DNA of 64,000 nt, from positions 160,001-224,000 of the forward strand of contig CAXWPH010000002.1 in assembly GCA_963666055.2 (NCBI GenBank). The letters are read 5' to 3'. The position numbers were made by a program, and so were the translations under genes. This stretch comes from Acidobacteriota bacterium (GTDB taxonomy: Bacteria; Acidobacteriota; UBA890; WLXD01). The notes beneath the pieces were generated by a model, which was not told the origin of the DNA, searched no databases, and saw nothing but the letters and a program-made list of their open reading frames with translations. Of this stretch, positions 48,095 to 58,893 are shown in pieces (position 1 is the first letter of the stretch; every line of letters starts with the position of its first letter).

Positions 48095-48775
48095 TTAGCG
48101 GAGGAGCCGATTCAGAACCGGCTCCAGAACGGCCCAGACATTGCCGGCGACGATGCGGTGTCCCTCGGCGTTCGGGTGGATCCCGTCGGCGCGATTGTAT
48201 TCAGGCCGACCGGCGACACCGTCGAGCAGAAACGGGATGAGCTCTACAGCGTTGGCGGCCGCGAGTGCCGGGAACATCTGGCGAAACTCGTTGGTATAGG
48301 GCTCGCCCAAGTTGGGGGGGACCATCATGCCGGCGACGACGATCTCGATGTTCGGATAGGTTTGGCGAGCCTTGTCGATAATTGCCTGGAGATTGGCGCG
48401 GGTGCTCTTGACCGGGGTGCCGCGCAGCCCGTCGTTGGCGCCGAGCTCGAGCACCAGCACACGGACAGGGTCACGCAGCAGCCAATCGACCCGTCGCAAG
48501 CCGCCAGCGCTGGTCTCACCGCTTCTTCCAGCGTTGACCACGCGGAACGGCCAGCCACGCTCGTCGACGCGTTCTTGGATCAGCGCCGGAAACGCCTCCT
48601 GTGGACTAAGCCCCAGTCCTGCCGTCAGGCTGTTGCCGAGGAACAGGACGGTGTCACCCTGTAGCGCTGTGCCGTCGTAGGTGCACAGCAGTGCCGCCAG
48701 CGCAGCGGCGAGACCAACGAAACGCTTGGGCGACACGGCGCACTCTCCAGCAGTGCAGGTACGGACACTGTCCAT
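48095..48775 (-). CDS. tesA: Arylesterase/acyl-CoA thioesterase I (SGNH)
   Basis: LGNSLTAG, NAG.SGET, ELGANDGLRG, DGIHPN; divergent from ybbA-ybbP. Confidence 0.9.
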   Translation of the reverse strand: MDSVRTCTAGECAVSPKRFVGLAAALAALLCTYDGTALQGDTVLFLGNSLTAGLGLSPQEAFPALIQERVDERGWPFRVVNAGRSGETSAGGLRRVDWLLRDPVRVLVLELGANDGLRGTPVKSTRANLQAIIDKARQTYPNIEIVVAGMMVPPNLGEPYTNEFRQMFPALAAANAVELIPFLLDGVAGRPEYNRADGIHPNAEGHRIVAGNVWAVLEPVLNRLLR

Positions 48776-48817
48776 TGTAGATACTAGAGAACTGCTCCCG
48801 CCGCCCCGGTACTGGTC

Positions 48818-49528
48818 ATGCTCGCAGCCCCGATACTGGAAGCCCGTCGCCTCACCAAGACTTTCACCGCATCTCACGGCAAGCTCACCGTGCTACGCGA
48901 CGTCGACTTCGCCATCGCCGCCGGGTCGACGTGTGCCGTAGTCGGCCCGTCGGGAAGCGGCAAGACGACGCTGCTGGGGCTATGCGCCGGACTCGATCGT
49001 CCGACCTCCGGCGAGGTGTTGGTCGACGGTCAGCCGTTGAGCGAGCTTGACGAGGACGAGTTGTCGGCCCTACGCAACCGCAAGGTCGGATTCGTGTTCC
49101 AGAACTTCCAGCTGCTGGAAACCCTGACAGCGCTCGAAAACGTCATGGTGCCGTTGGAGTTGCGCGGCGACGCTAATGCCGCGTCGCGTGCCAAAGAGCT
49201 TCTCGACCAGGTCGGGCTCGATGACCGCCTCGATCACTACCCCGTACAGCTTTCGGGTGGCGAGCAGCAGCGCGTGTCGCTGGCGCGCGCCTTCATGAAC
49301 GAGCCGTCGCTGCTGTTCGCCGACGAGCCCACCGGGAACCTCGACGGCGAGACCGGTGATCGCGTGCAGGATCTGCTCTTCGACTTGAACGCCGCGCGCG
49401 GCACGGCGCTGATCGTAGTAACCCACGACGAGCGCCTGGCGCGACGTACCGAACGCATCATTCGATTGCGCAACGGGGCGGTCGTTGCCGATAAAAAGAC
49501 CGCCACTGCCGGGGCATCGGTAGCGTGA
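48818..49528 (+). CDS. ybbA: ABC ATP-binding protein (YbbA/LolD-like)
   Basis: GPSGSGKTT, FVFQNFQL, LSGGEQQR, ADEPTGNLD. Confidence 0.9.
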   Translation: MLAAPILEARRLTKTFTASHGKLTVLRDVDFAIAAGSTCAVVGPSGSGKTTLLGLCAGLDRPTSGEVLVDGQPLSELDEDELSALRNRKVGFVFQNFQLLETLTALENVMVPLELRGDANAASRAKELLDQVGLDDRLDHYPVQLSGGEQQRVSLARAFMNEPSLLFADEPTGNLDGETGDRVQDLLFDLNAARGTALIVVTHDERLARRTERIIRLRNGAVVADKKTATAGASVA

Positions 49529-52068
49529 CACGGCGCACGCGATGGATCGCACGCCTGGCATGGCGCGATGCGCGGGCGACACCTCAGCGGTTGTTGCTGT
49601 TCATGCTCACGATCGTCACCGGTGTCGCCTCTCTAGTGGCCGTGCGGTCGTTTGCCGACAACCTCGCCAGCTCCGTCGACGACGAGGCCAAGGTGTTGCT
49701 CGGGGCGGATTTGGAGCTGTACGGCCGCAGCCCATTCGGGGCCGAGGCGGAAGCGCTGGTAGCCAGAATTGGCGGCGATCAGGCGCGGCAGGTAGCGCTC
49801 GGATCAATGGCCTACTTTCCAGGAAGCGGTGCCTCTCGCCTGGTTCGGGTCCGTGCTGTCGATAGTGGCTATCCCTTCTATGGCGCGCTCGAGACGGAGC
49901 CGGCGGCGGCGGCACACGACTTCCGCTCCGAGCAGTCGGCGTTGGTGGATCACACACTCATGCTGCAGTTCGGCGTTGAAGTTGGGGATCCGATCCGTAT
50001 CGGTGAGGCGACGTTCCGCGTGGCGGGGCGGCTCATGCGGATCCCTGGGGAGGTGCCGACTGCTTCGCTGGTGGGCCCGCGCGTCTTCATCCCGCGACGG
50101 TTTCTCGAAGAGACGCAACGCATTCGCGGCGGTAGCCGCGCCACCTACAGCACCTTCTTCCGGCTCGATCGGACTCCCGAGCAGGTCGCCGACCTCGTCG
50201 ACGAGATCGGGCCGGAGCTTCGCGAGCTGCGGCTCGAGGTGGAGTCGGTGCAGCATCGACGCGAGGCCATCGGCGAAGCACTGGACAATCTCTACTCGTT
50301 CCTTTACCTGGCCGGCTTTGCCGCGTTGCTGCTCGGGGGCATCGGAGTAGCCAGCGCCACCCATCTGCACGTCAAGAGCAAGGTGCGTGCGGTCGCCGTG
50401 CTGCGTTGTTTGGGGGCTTCTTCCGGCGGACCGCTGGCGGTGTTCGTGTTGCAGGCGGCCGGCATGGGGCTTGTCGGTGCCTTCGGCGGCACGGTTGCCG
50501 GGGTCGGTCTGCAGGCGCTGCTGCCGCGTGTGCTGGCGGCGCTCCTTCCGGTGCCGGTGCAATTTCGGTTGCACGTCTCGGCGCTCGTCGAGGGCCTCGT
50601 TGTCGGCGTTGTCGTGGCCATGTTGTTCGCGGCACTGCCGCTGCTCGCCCTGCGGCGGGTGAGTCCGTTACTGGCGCTAAGGTTGTTTGCAGTCGATGGT
50701 CCGAAGCTGGCTCGCGATCCGGCGCAATGGATCGGCGTCGCGGCCGTTGCCGCAGGTGTTTGCACAGTGGCCGTGTCGCAAACCGCCAGCTGGCGCGTCG
50801 GGTTAGCCATCAGTGGGTCGTTGGCCGGCGTGCTCTTGGCGTTGATCCTCGTGGCGGTTCTCCTCAGGCTCGCGGCGCGACGCGCCCTACCAGTCGGGTG
50901 GCCTTATGCGTGGCGGCAGGGCGTAGCCAATATGCATCGCCCCAACAACCAGACTGCTGTGGTAATGCTGACGCTGGGGTTCGGAGTCTTCCTCATCGCG
51001 ACGCTCCACCTCACCCAGGTAGCGCTGTTGGAGTCGGTGGCGAGTCTCGAGATGGGTGGAAATCCCAACCTGGTGCTGTTCGACATCCAGCCCGATCAGG
51101 TTGACGGTGTGCGCAAGATTCTCGCCGATGAGGGGCTGGAGGTGATTCAGGAGACGCCGGTGGTCCCAATGCGCCTGGCGTCGGTCAAAGGGCGTCCGGT
51201 CACCGAGATCGACGAGTCAGAGATCAGGCCCTGGGTCTTGCGGCGCGAGTACAACTCGACCTACCGGTCGGAGATCACAGCGACAGAAGAGATTGTTGCC
51301 GGCGAGTGGGTCGAGATCGCGCCGCCGGGGCAGGGGGTTGAAGGCGACCCAGTGCCGGTCTCGCTGGAGGAAGGAATTGCGGAGCGACTGAAGATCGATG
51401 TTGGCGACCTCCTCGAGTTCGACGTTCAGGGGGTTGCAGTGATGGCGCGGGTCGCTAGCCTACGCACGGTGGATTGGGAACAGGTGAGGCCGAACTTCTT
51501 CGTGGTGTTTCCGACCGGCGTGCTGGAGGCGGCGCCGCAGCAGATCGTCGTGGTTTCGCGGGCCTCGGGGCCGGAACAATCTGCGGCTGTCCAGCGTCGC
51601 ATCGTCGAGCGGTATACGAACGTGGCGTTGATGGACCTCGGATTGATCTTGGCGTCGATTGACGCGGTGCTAGCACAGGTGAGCTTGGCGTTGCGCTTCA
51701 TGGCCGGCCTCAGCGTCGTCAGCGGGCTGGTCGTACTGGTCGCGGCGGTGCTTTCGAGCCGCTACCAGCGACTGAGGGAGAGTGTGCTGTTGCGCACGCT
51801 GGGTGCGTCACGATCACAGATCTTGCAGATTCTCACCGTCGAGTACGTCGCCCTGGGGCTGCTGGCCGCGCTTACCGGTCTGGTCTTGGCCCTGGGAGCA
51901 ACGTGGGCGCTGTCGCGCTGGCTGTTCGAGGTGCCGTTCGAGCCCGGTGTCCTACCGTTGCTCGTTCTTCTGGTCGTCGTGGTGTCTCTCACGCTGGTCG
52001 TCGGTCTGCTGGGCAGCCGAGGCGCCACGCGGCGGCCTCCGCTCGAGGTCCTGCGGGCGGAGCTCTGA
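49525..52068 (+). CDS. ybbP: ABC permease, FtsX-like duplicated (YbbP)
   Basis: LAWRDAR, LLGADL, YPFYG, LRCLGA, PN..LFDIQPDQ, RTVDW..PNFFVVF, LRTLGA. Confidence 0.9.
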   Translation: MTRRTRWIARLAWRDARATPQRLLLFMLTIVTGVASLVAVRSFADNLASSVDDEAKVLLGADLELYGRSPFGAEAEALVARIGGDQARQVALGSMAYFPGSGASRLVRVRAVDSGYPFYGALETEPAAAAHDFRSEQSALVDHTLMLQFGVEVGDPIRIGEATFRVAGRLMRIPGEVPTASLVGPRVFIPRRFLEETQRIRGGSRATYSTFFRLDRTPEQVADLVDEIGPELRELRLEVESVQHRREAIGEALDNLYSFLYLAGFAALLLGGIGVASATHLHVKSKVRAVAVLRCLGASSGGPLAVFVLQAAGMGLVGAFGGTVAGVGLQALLPRVLAALLPVPVQFRLHVSALVEGLVVGVVVAMLFAALPLLALRRVSPLLALRLFAVDGPKLARDPAQWIGVAAVAAGVCTVAVSQTASWRVGLAISGSLAGVLLALILVAVLLRLAARRALPVGWPYAWRQGVANMHRPNNQTAVVMLTLGFGVFLIATLHLTQVALLESVASLEMGGNPNLVLFDIQPDQVDGVRKILADEGLEVIQETPVVPMRLASVKGRPVTEIDESEIRPWVLRREYNSTYRSEITATEEIVAGEWVEIAPPGQGVEGDPVPVSLEEGIAERLKIDVGDLLEFDVQGVAVMARVASLRTVDWEQVRPNFFVVFPTGVLEAAPQQIVVVSRASGPEQSAAVQRRIVERYTNVALMDLGLILASIDAVLAQVSLALRFMAGLSVVSGLVVLVAAVLSSRYQRLRESVLLRTLGASRSQILQILTVEYVALGLLAALTGLVLALGATWALSRWLFEVPFEPGVLPLLVLLVVVVSLTLVVGLLGSRGATRRPPLEVLRAEL

Positions 52069-52088
52069 CGTCGGGGTTCCCGCCCATC

Positions 52089-52710
52089 GTGCATGCCTTT
52101 GCGGCCTCCTGGCGATCTGAGGCCGCTGCTGACCGAAGATGCCGGCTCGGCGGTGGCCGCCTCTGGCCGCTCCTGGCCGCATCTTTCCTCCATGCAGGTG
52201 CAGCCGATGCCGGCGGGGAATCTGTCGGTCGCTGGCCGCGCGATGGGGCGGTTTGGATTTACGACGTCGACGGCAGCATCAGCCGTGCCGGAGGTCGCCA
52301 CGCGTGGGTCAACCCGTCGCTTCTGGACATGGACGAATGGGGAACGCTCTACGTCGTCGACAAGGGTGCCGGACGGCCGATGCCCGGCACCAACAACCAG
52401 TGGCACTTCGATGCCATATACAAGACCGGCATGCCGGTCTACCGGTTTCCCAAGGCCCTGTACGCCACAGCTCCTCTGGCTGGCGAACAAGCAGCTCTAT
52501 AGCCTCTGCGAGGGGCGGCTGTTCAAGCGCATCAACGGCCTCGACATCGGCCCAAACCTGGGGATCTACCTGGTCGACGGCTTCGATGTCTTCGGCGAGT
52601 CGGAGATCTATCGGCTTGATAATGTCGCCACGTGCAAGCTACGCTTGCTCGCCGATGGGGCCATGGTGAACGGTGTGCAAGGGCTGGCGATCGGGCTTCC
52701 GGCGCGCTGA
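52089..52710 (+). pseudogene. Frameshifted secreted beta-propeller-like (NHL-type) gene
   Basis: One frame has a signal-like stretch and DEWGTLYVVDKG, ending at 52502. Another frame continues GLDIGPNLGIYLVDG...GLAIG to 52710. Junction near 52460. Confidence 0.45.
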
Positions 52711-52716
52711 TCGCGG

Positions 52717-53472
52717 CTACTCGAGCGTGTAGTCCGGATCGCCATACAGCGCTTCGGGAAGCTCGTCGTAGACGTGGATGTCCCAGTCCTCGCCACGGCC
52801 GCGGCCGGTCGAGAGCAGGATGCTACCGAAGCTCGTCCAGTTCTCCCACGGCAACGTGAAGCCTGGCTCGGTCTGGTCGCGACTGGCGAAGTAGCTCCAC
52901 TGTTCCACCAACCCCGAGTCTCGGGCGACGTATACGAGATACCTGTTGTCCGGCGTCACGCCGACGCTCTCGAAGGTCATCTCGAGAACATCCGCCTCGC
53001 GATCGTCGGCCATGATGTCTTCGCCGACATGGCGAAGGTTGACGCCGGGATCCAGCAGCTTGTAAGGCATGAACATCCAGTAGGAGTCGTTTACCCAGGA
53101 CCGCCAACCACGCTCGAGACCCTCCTGCAACGGGGTACCGATGAGCTCCTCTCCGCTTGTCCAGACCCGGCCACTGCGGCTGTTGAGGCTCATCAGGATG
53201 AGCATTTCGGGTCCGCGGTCGCTGGCAGGAATCTCGATGCGAATGTTGCCCGTGTGCTTGTCCCAGTAGTGTTGGCGGCCGCCGAAGAACTTCCAGGCAA
53301 TGTGCCGCGTGCTATCCCAGCCGTCCCGTCCGCCCATGGCATCCATGACGGATTCGGCGATCGCCCGAGCCTCCGGATCGACCTGTATGGGAACGGCCCC
53401 GCCGCCGTCCGACGCAACCGGCGTGGCGATGAGCAACAGCAGCACGGCAGCACTGACAAAGCGCTTCGTCAT
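52717..53472 (-). CDS. Secreted hypothetical protein (DUF6503-like)
   Basis: Signal peptide; AMGG..GW, WVNDSYW.FMPYKL.DPGV.L, GVTPDNRY. Confidence 0.75.
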   Translation of the reverse strand: MTKRFVSAAVLLLLIATPVASDGGGAVPIQVDPEARAIAESVMDAMGGRDGWDSTRHIAWKFFGGRQHYWDKHTGNIRIEIPASDRGPEMLILMSLNSRSGRVWTSGEELIGTPLQEGLERGWRSWVNDSYWMFMPYKLLDPGVNLRHVGEDIMADDREADVLEMTFESVGVTPDNRYLVYVARDSGLVEQWSYFASRDQTEPGFTLPWENWTSFGSILLSTGRGRGEDWDIHVYDELPEALYGDPDYTLE

Positions 53473-54724
53473 GGCGAGCCTCCGGGGTTCAGCTCTGTTT
53501 CGAGGGGGGTGCCAAGGGCCTCCCTGACCAAAGGGAGCATCTCTTCCGCGATCAGGGTGTGCCCGACCCAGTTCGGATGGCACCCATCGTTGGTGACATA
53601 GTACTGGGGTTGCCGCCGCAGCACCTGGCGACCGTAGATCGAGCGGTAATGATCGACTTTCTCCGGGTGCAGCGTACCGTCGACCAATGCTTCTCGACGT
53701 TCCTTGAACAACGGACCGACGTTGAGGATCGGGCTGTTGGTCCAATCCGACACCTTGTTGATGGTGGCGACGTAGAAATCGAATCTGGTGCACACCGACA
53801 TGAGGATCGTCCGCACTCCTGCCGCTTGGGCGGTCAGCACGGTATCGATCAGGTTCTGTCGATAGTCGTCGACCGGTACAGCCCGTACCGTCAGCCGCTC
53901 CGCTGTCGCGTCGTCAGGGTCCACCGCCAGCGGGTTCCTGAGGGTGAAGACCAGCCGTCGCAACAGGCGATAGGTGCGGAACTCGAGCATCTCGAACCGC
54001 AGGGCGCCCACCCAGGTATCGTCGACAGCGAGCAACTCGTCCGTGGCCACCGGGACCACGCGAGGGTCGTTGGACCCATAGCTGATCACCATCAGGTCGG
54101 GTTCGAGCGGTAGCGCGTAGTGGCGCACCATTCCCAGGCCGTGACGGCTGTTTTGGCCCGGGATCCCCAGGTTGATGATCTCGTACCGACCCGGTAGCTG
54201 CTCGTTGAGCTTGGCCTCCAGGATGTGCTGGAAGGTCTGCTCCGGCTCGACACCCCAACCGAAAGGTGCTGGAGTCGCCGATCGTCACGATGCGAGTCAC
54301 TCCGGGGCGCTTGTGCCCGATCTGGTCCCCTCGGAACCCGTAGCTGTTCGAGTGCAGACGGAAGGTGATGTTTTTCTCGACCTCGATCGCGTTGAATGGA
54401 TTCACCGCCCGCGTGTCGACGTTCGGCTTCATGCGGTACTGAATCCAGCGCGCTTCCTCGAAGTGATACATGCCCGCGAGGACTTCAGCCGACACCGGCT
54501 TGCTGGCGTCGGCGAGCACGTCGGCCTGTCGATCCATCACCCAGGCCTCGTCCGCCAACAGCCAAACGGGAACGGCAATCTGAGCGTTCTCGTTGCGCGC
54601 CAAGTCGGTCTCGATGTCGAGCGCCCAGATCGTCAATTCGGCGATGACGACGAACAACAGCGGTTGCGCCAACCAGCAGCAGCAGACGCTCGCACCAGAC
54701 AGGGACTCGACGATCGGTCGACAA
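53469..54724 (-). pseudogene. Membrane-anchored SGNH/GDSL hydrolase with two single-base frameshifts
   Basis: Block I GDSSTF is broken at 54262-54264 (ACC TTT CGG vs expected ACC TTC GGT TGG). Block II NLGIPG, block III GSND and DGCHPN follow in another frame. A second shift lies near 54662 in the TM anchor. Confidence 0.8.
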
Positions 54725-54946
54725 TGTTCGGTGTTCCGGGTCGCGAGGGTTGATACCTGTAGACAGTGTCCGTGGGCAGAAATCAGCGTTCAACAGGGGA
54801 GCTGGATAAGGGTTCGAGTTTACCACACGCTCGCTGCCATCGCCTTTCGATGTAGGCGCTTGCGCGTCCGACGCTTCGGCTACACTGAGACGTACCAGCC
54901 CCCGCCGATCCCCCCCGGGCTTCTCGAGCGAGTGACATCCTCCGCC

Positions 54947-56371
54947 ATGTCGCAGCGCGAACCGACCTTGTTCCAGATGTCGGCGCCGCTCGTCGTTTCG
55001 TTCGTCATGCGAGCGGCGTTCACCTTCGTCGACACGATCTACGCCGCCACCATCGGTGACTCCGCGGTCGCGGCGATCGGCCTGACGGTGCCGTTCGAGT
55101 TCCTCATGATCGCCATCTGGGTCGGCATGTCCACGGGACTCACGGCGGCGCTGTCGAAAAGCATGGCGGCGGGCGAGGGAGGCAAGATCGAACAGTACCT
55201 GCACGCCGCCTGGCGGATGGCGTGGATCGTGTCGCCGGTGTTCATAGCCCTGGGCGCGTTCATTTGGTTCGCGGCGCCGCAATACGGCCTCTCGGACGAG
55301 GTCTTCGGGAGCTTTCGCGTCTACGCCGCGGTGATGTTGGGTGGGTCGGCGTTCACTGCCTTCTGGTCAGTTGTGCCCGACTCCATCGTCAAGGCGCACC
55401 AGGACACGCGTTCCACGATGTGGGCGGGAATCGCCTCCAACATCATCAATCTGGTGCTGAACACGATCTTCCTGTTCGTATTCCACTGGGGCATTTTCGG
55501 CATCGCGTTTTCCACCGTGCTGGGCCGTGTCGGTGGCCTGGTCTATGCGCTCAAAAAGGCGAAGGAGCACGAGGATAGGCGCCGCGATGCCGGTACCCAC
55601 ACCGTGCCCGGGATCGACGCGACGCCTTACTGGAGACAGCTTTCGCTGGCGCTCCCGGCGGGGCTCACCTTCGTTCTTACAGCGGTGGAGATGGCGATCA
55701 TCAACGGCATGTTGGCGGGCTTCGGAGCCGCCACCGCGGCGATTGCGGCGTACTCGATCTATCACCGCGTGCTGCTGTTCGCCATGAACCCGCTGATCGC
55801 GATGTCGGTGGCGATGCTGCCTTTCGCCAGCCGGCTGGTTGGCAAGCAGGATTGGGACGGTCTGCGCCAGGGAATCCGACAGTCGCTGCTTGCATCGGCG
55901 GCTTACTCGGTGGTCGTGGTCGGTCCGCTGATGGTGCTCATCGGCCCCTGGCTAGCGAGCGCGCTGGCAGAGTCCGCGGAAACCGTCGCCTACGCGCGCT
56001 TCGCCCTGTTTCTGGTGCCCGCCGCGTGCCTCCTGAGCACTCCGTTTTTTCTTATGCGCCCGGTCTTCGAGGCCATGGGACGCGGCCAACCCGGACTGAT
56101 CATGGCGCTGGTGCGAACCGCCATCCTCACCGTGCCGCTGGCGATACTCGGCATCCGGCTGGCGTCGTGGCTCGGTTACCCGCAGATCTACGGCATGCTG
56201 GTCGGACTCCTCCTGGTCGCGCTGCTCTCGTCGGTCGCTTTCGTCCTCTGGTTGCGACGTGCTCTCGGTGATTTCATTGATAGCCACTTGCTCTTGGAGC
56301 CAGCGCCGGCGCAACCGGGCGCCTCGGCGCTCCTGCCGGACACCGGCCTGCAGCCGGAACCGCCCGAATAG
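54947..56371 (+). CDS. MATE family efflux transporter
   Basis: FVDTIY..IGDSAVAAIG, NLVLNTIFLF..WGIFG.A.ST, AIAAYSI; about 12 TM. Confidence 0.9.
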   Translation: MSQREPTLFQMSAPLVVSFVMRAAFTFVDTIYAATIGDSAVAAIGLTVPFEFLMIAIWVGMSTGLTAALSKSMAAGEGGKIEQYLHAAWRMAWIVSPVFIALGAFIWFAAPQYGLSDEVFGSFRVYAAVMLGGSAFTAFWSVVPDSIVKAHQDTRSTMWAGIASNIINLVLNTIFLFVFHWGIFGIAFSTVLGRVGGLVYALKKAKEHEDRRRDAGTHTVPGIDATPYWRQLSLALPAGLTFVLTAVEMAIINGMLAGFGAATAAIAAYSIYHRVLLFAMNPLIAMSVAMLPFASRLVGKQDWDGLRQGIRQSLLASAAYSVVVVGPLMVLIGPWLASALAESAETVAYARFALFLVPAACLLSTPFFLMRPVFEAMGRGQPGLIMALVRTAILTVPLAILGIRLASWLGYPQIYGMLVGLLLVALLSSVAFVLWLRRALGDFIDSHLLLEPAPAQPGASALLPDTGLQPEPPE

Positions 56372-56457
56372 CCGCGCCGTTTGCCGCAAGCCGCCATCGG
56401 AGCACTCGCCGCCGCAAGCAATCCGACAACCTCGTGCCAACCGGGGAGCAAGCCCGC

Positions 56458-58173
56458 GTGACCGATCTTCGCAACCAAGAATTTCCGCGCACCTTCGTAC
56501 CGGACAACATCGATCTCGGCAACTGGGAGGCGGTGCAGCCGTGGGTCGAAAAGCTGCTCGAGCGGCAACTGACGTCGGCCGCCGACCTGGAGCAGTGGTT
56601 GCTGGACCTTTCCGAGCTGCAGTCGTGTGTCTCCGAGGAGAGGGCTCGCCGCTATATCGCCATGACCTGCGATACCGAGGACGAGGCCGCCGAGCGTCGC
56701 TACCTGGAGCTCATCGAGCACTTCATGCCGGCCGCCAAACCGTGGTTTCACAAGCTCAACGAGTACTACGTCGCCAGCCCACACCGGGTCGAGCTCGATG
56801 AGAGCCGCTATGCGGTTCTGGATCGAGGTACGGCCACGGACATCGAGCTATATCGCGAGCAAAACATCGAGCTACAGACCCAAGCGAGTGTCCTCAGCCA
56901 GCGTTACCAGAAGATCAGCGGTGCCATGACCGTGGAGTTTCGCGGCGAGGAGCGCACTTTGCCGCAGATGGGGAAGTTCCTCGAGGAGACCGATCGCGAC
57001 CTGCGCCAGGAGGTCTGGGAGGCTATCTGGGATCGCCGCCTGCAGGATCGCGACGCCTGTGACGAGATCTTCGATGAGCTGGTCGAGCTACGGCATCAGA
57101 TCGCGCTGAATGCCGACTGCTCCGACTATCGTGAATACACCTTCAAGTCGTACCACCGCTTCGACTACACGCCGGAGTCCTGCGAGCGATTCCACGAGGC
57201 CGTCGAAAGGGACGTCATGCCGCTCGTGCTGACCTTGGCTGATCAGCGTCGCTCGGCACTCGGCGTCGATTACCTGCGACCATGGGATTTCGGCGTCGAC
57301 CCCCTCGGTCGGCCACCGTTACGCCCGTTCGAAGACGTCAACGAGCTCGGGCAAGGGGTGCGCCGTATCTTCGCGCGCCTCGATCCCGAGCTCGAGGCCC
57401 AGTTCGTCAGCATGCTCGAGGGCGGCGAGCTCGACCTGGAATCGCGTAAGGGCAAGGCGCCAGGAGGCTATCAGTCGTCGTTGGAGGAAGTCCGGCGCCC
57501 GTTTATCTTCATGAATGCGGCGGGGTTGCATCGCGACGTCGAGACGTTGCTACACGAATCGGGCCACGCCTTCCACGCTCTTGCCGCTCGCTACGAGCCG
57601 CTGGTGGAGTACCGCCACGCCCCGATCGAGTTTGCCGAGGTAGCCTCGATGACCATGGAGCTGTTCGGCGATGACCACCTTGACGAGTTCTACAGCGCCG
57701 CCGACGCGGCGCGTGCCAAGCGCAAGCACCTCGAAGGCATTATCGAGCTGCTCCCCTGGATCGCTCGTGTCGATGCCTTCCAGCACTGGATCTACACGAA
57801 TCCGCAGCACACGCGGGAGGACCGTACGGCAGCCTGGCTACAACTGGGTGAGCGTTTCGAGGTACCGATCGAATGGACCGGGCACGAGGACCAACGCGAC
57901 GCAGGCTGGCAGCGACAACTGCACATCTTCTGCTACCCGTTCTACTACATCGAATACGGCATCGCCCAACTTGGCGCATTACAGATCTGGAACACGTTCA
58001 AGCGCGATTCGGCTCGCGGCCTGTCCGACTATCGAGCTGCGCTGGCTCTTGGTGGCTCGCTTCCGCTACCGAAGTTGTTCGAGGCTGCCGGTGCGAAGCT
58101 CGCCTTTGATGAGCGCACCATCGCGCCGCTGATGGACCGAGTTGGGGAGGAACTGGCGACGTTGCCTGCCTAG
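56458..58173 (+). CDS. pepF: M3B oligoendopeptidase F
   Basis: RFDYTP, RPWD, GKAPGGY, LLHESGHAFH (HExxH), AEVASMTME, PFYYIEYG. Confidence 0.93.
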   Translation: MTDLRNQEFPRTFVPDNIDLGNWEAVQPWVEKLLERQLTSAADLEQWLLDLSELQSCVSEERARRYIAMTCDTEDEAAERRYLELIEHFMPAAKPWFHKLNEYYVASPHRVELDESRYAVLDRGTATDIELYREQNIELQTQASVLSQRYQKISGAMTVEFRGEERTLPQMGKFLEETDRDLRQEVWEAIWDRRLQDRDACDEIFDELVELRHQIALNADCSDYREYTFKSYHRFDYTPESCERFHEAVERDVMPLVLTLADQRRSALGVDYLRPWDFGVDPLGRPPLRPFEDVNELGQGVRRIFARLDPELEAQFVSMLEGGELDLESRKGKAPGGYQSSLEEVRRPFIFMNAAGLHRDVETLLHESGHAFHALAARYEPLVEYRHAPIEFAEVASMTMELFGDDHLDEFYSAADAARAKRKHLEGIIELLPWIARVDAFQHWIYTNPQHTREDRTAAWLQLGERFEVPIEWTGHEDQRDAGWQRQLHIFCYPFYYIEYGIAQLGALQIWNTFKRDSARGLSDYRAALALGGSLPLPKLFEAAGAKLAFDERTIAPLMDRVGEELATLPA

Positions 58174-58227
58174 CAGACCACTGTGAAAGTGTAGCGGGCC
58201 TGGCGATGGGGTCCGTTCTGGACTGGC

Positions 58228-58893
58228 TCAACGTTGGCGCAGGAACTCCCGTATCATCGCCAGCACTGTACCCACCGCGCCGATGTTGTAGCCCTCCGGA
58301 ATCACCAGATCCGCGTATGCCCTGGAAGGCTCGACAAACTCGACGTGCATGGGCCGCACTGTCGCCCGGTACTGATCGAAGACCGACCCCACCGTGCGCT
58401 CGCGGTCGCGGATGTCGCGCTCGACGCGCCGCATGAGCCGCACGTCGGCGTCGGTGTCGACGAAGATCTTCAGGTCCATCAGCTGTCGTAACTGCGGCTC
58501 CGCCAGCACCAGCACTCCCTCGACCAGGATCACCGATCGCGGCTCGACCCGTTCGGTCTCGACGCGCCGCGTGTGGGTCGTAAAGTCATATAACGGCCTG
58601 TCTATGGCAGCACGATGCACCAGTACGTTGAGGTGCTCGACGAGCAACTCGGTCTCGAGTGAGTCGGGATGATCGTAGTTCTGCTGTTCGCGCTCTGCCG
58701 CCGGCAGGTGTCCGAGGTCGCGGTAGTAGGAGTCGTGCAGGATCAACGCGCAGTGATCCTTGCCGATCTCTTCGGCCATGGCGTTGGCGATCGTAGTCTT
58801 GCCGGAGCCGGAGCCGCCGGCGATGCCGATGATCAGCGGTTTGCCGTCGCCGGTCGACCAGCGCGGTTCGCGTTCGAGATCGAGGCGGGGCAT
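58228..58893 (-). CDS. udk: Uridine kinase
   Basis: GIAGGSGSGKTT, HDSYY, NYDHP, VEGVL, DTDADVRL.RR..RD, VRPMH..FVEPS. Confidence 0.95.
   Translation of the reverse strand: MPRLDLEREPRWSTGDGKPLIIGIAGGSGSGKTTIANAMAEEIGKDHCALILHDSYYRDLGHLPAAEREQQNYDHPDSLETELLVEHLNVLVHRAAIDRPLYDFTTHTRRVETERVEPRSVILVEGVLVLAEPQLRQLMDLKIFVDTDADVRLMRRVERDIRDRERTVGSVFDQYRATVRPMHVEFVEPSRAYADLVIPEGYNIGAVGTVLAMIREFLRQR

Noticed and set aside
48600-48660. GNSL instead of GDSL in TesA as inactivation
   Set aside because: The catalytic Ser and DxxH are retained; this is a tolerated variant.
54780-54860. GGGTTCGAGT resembling a tRNA T-arm
   Set aside because: No cloverleaf, acceptor stem or T-stem pairing.
54593-54946. 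Long N-terminal extensions in the ORF track (MATE here; also TolB-like to 14840, hydrolase from 16638, 53793)
   Set aside because: They overlap neighbouring genes; downstream starts give normal domain boundaries.
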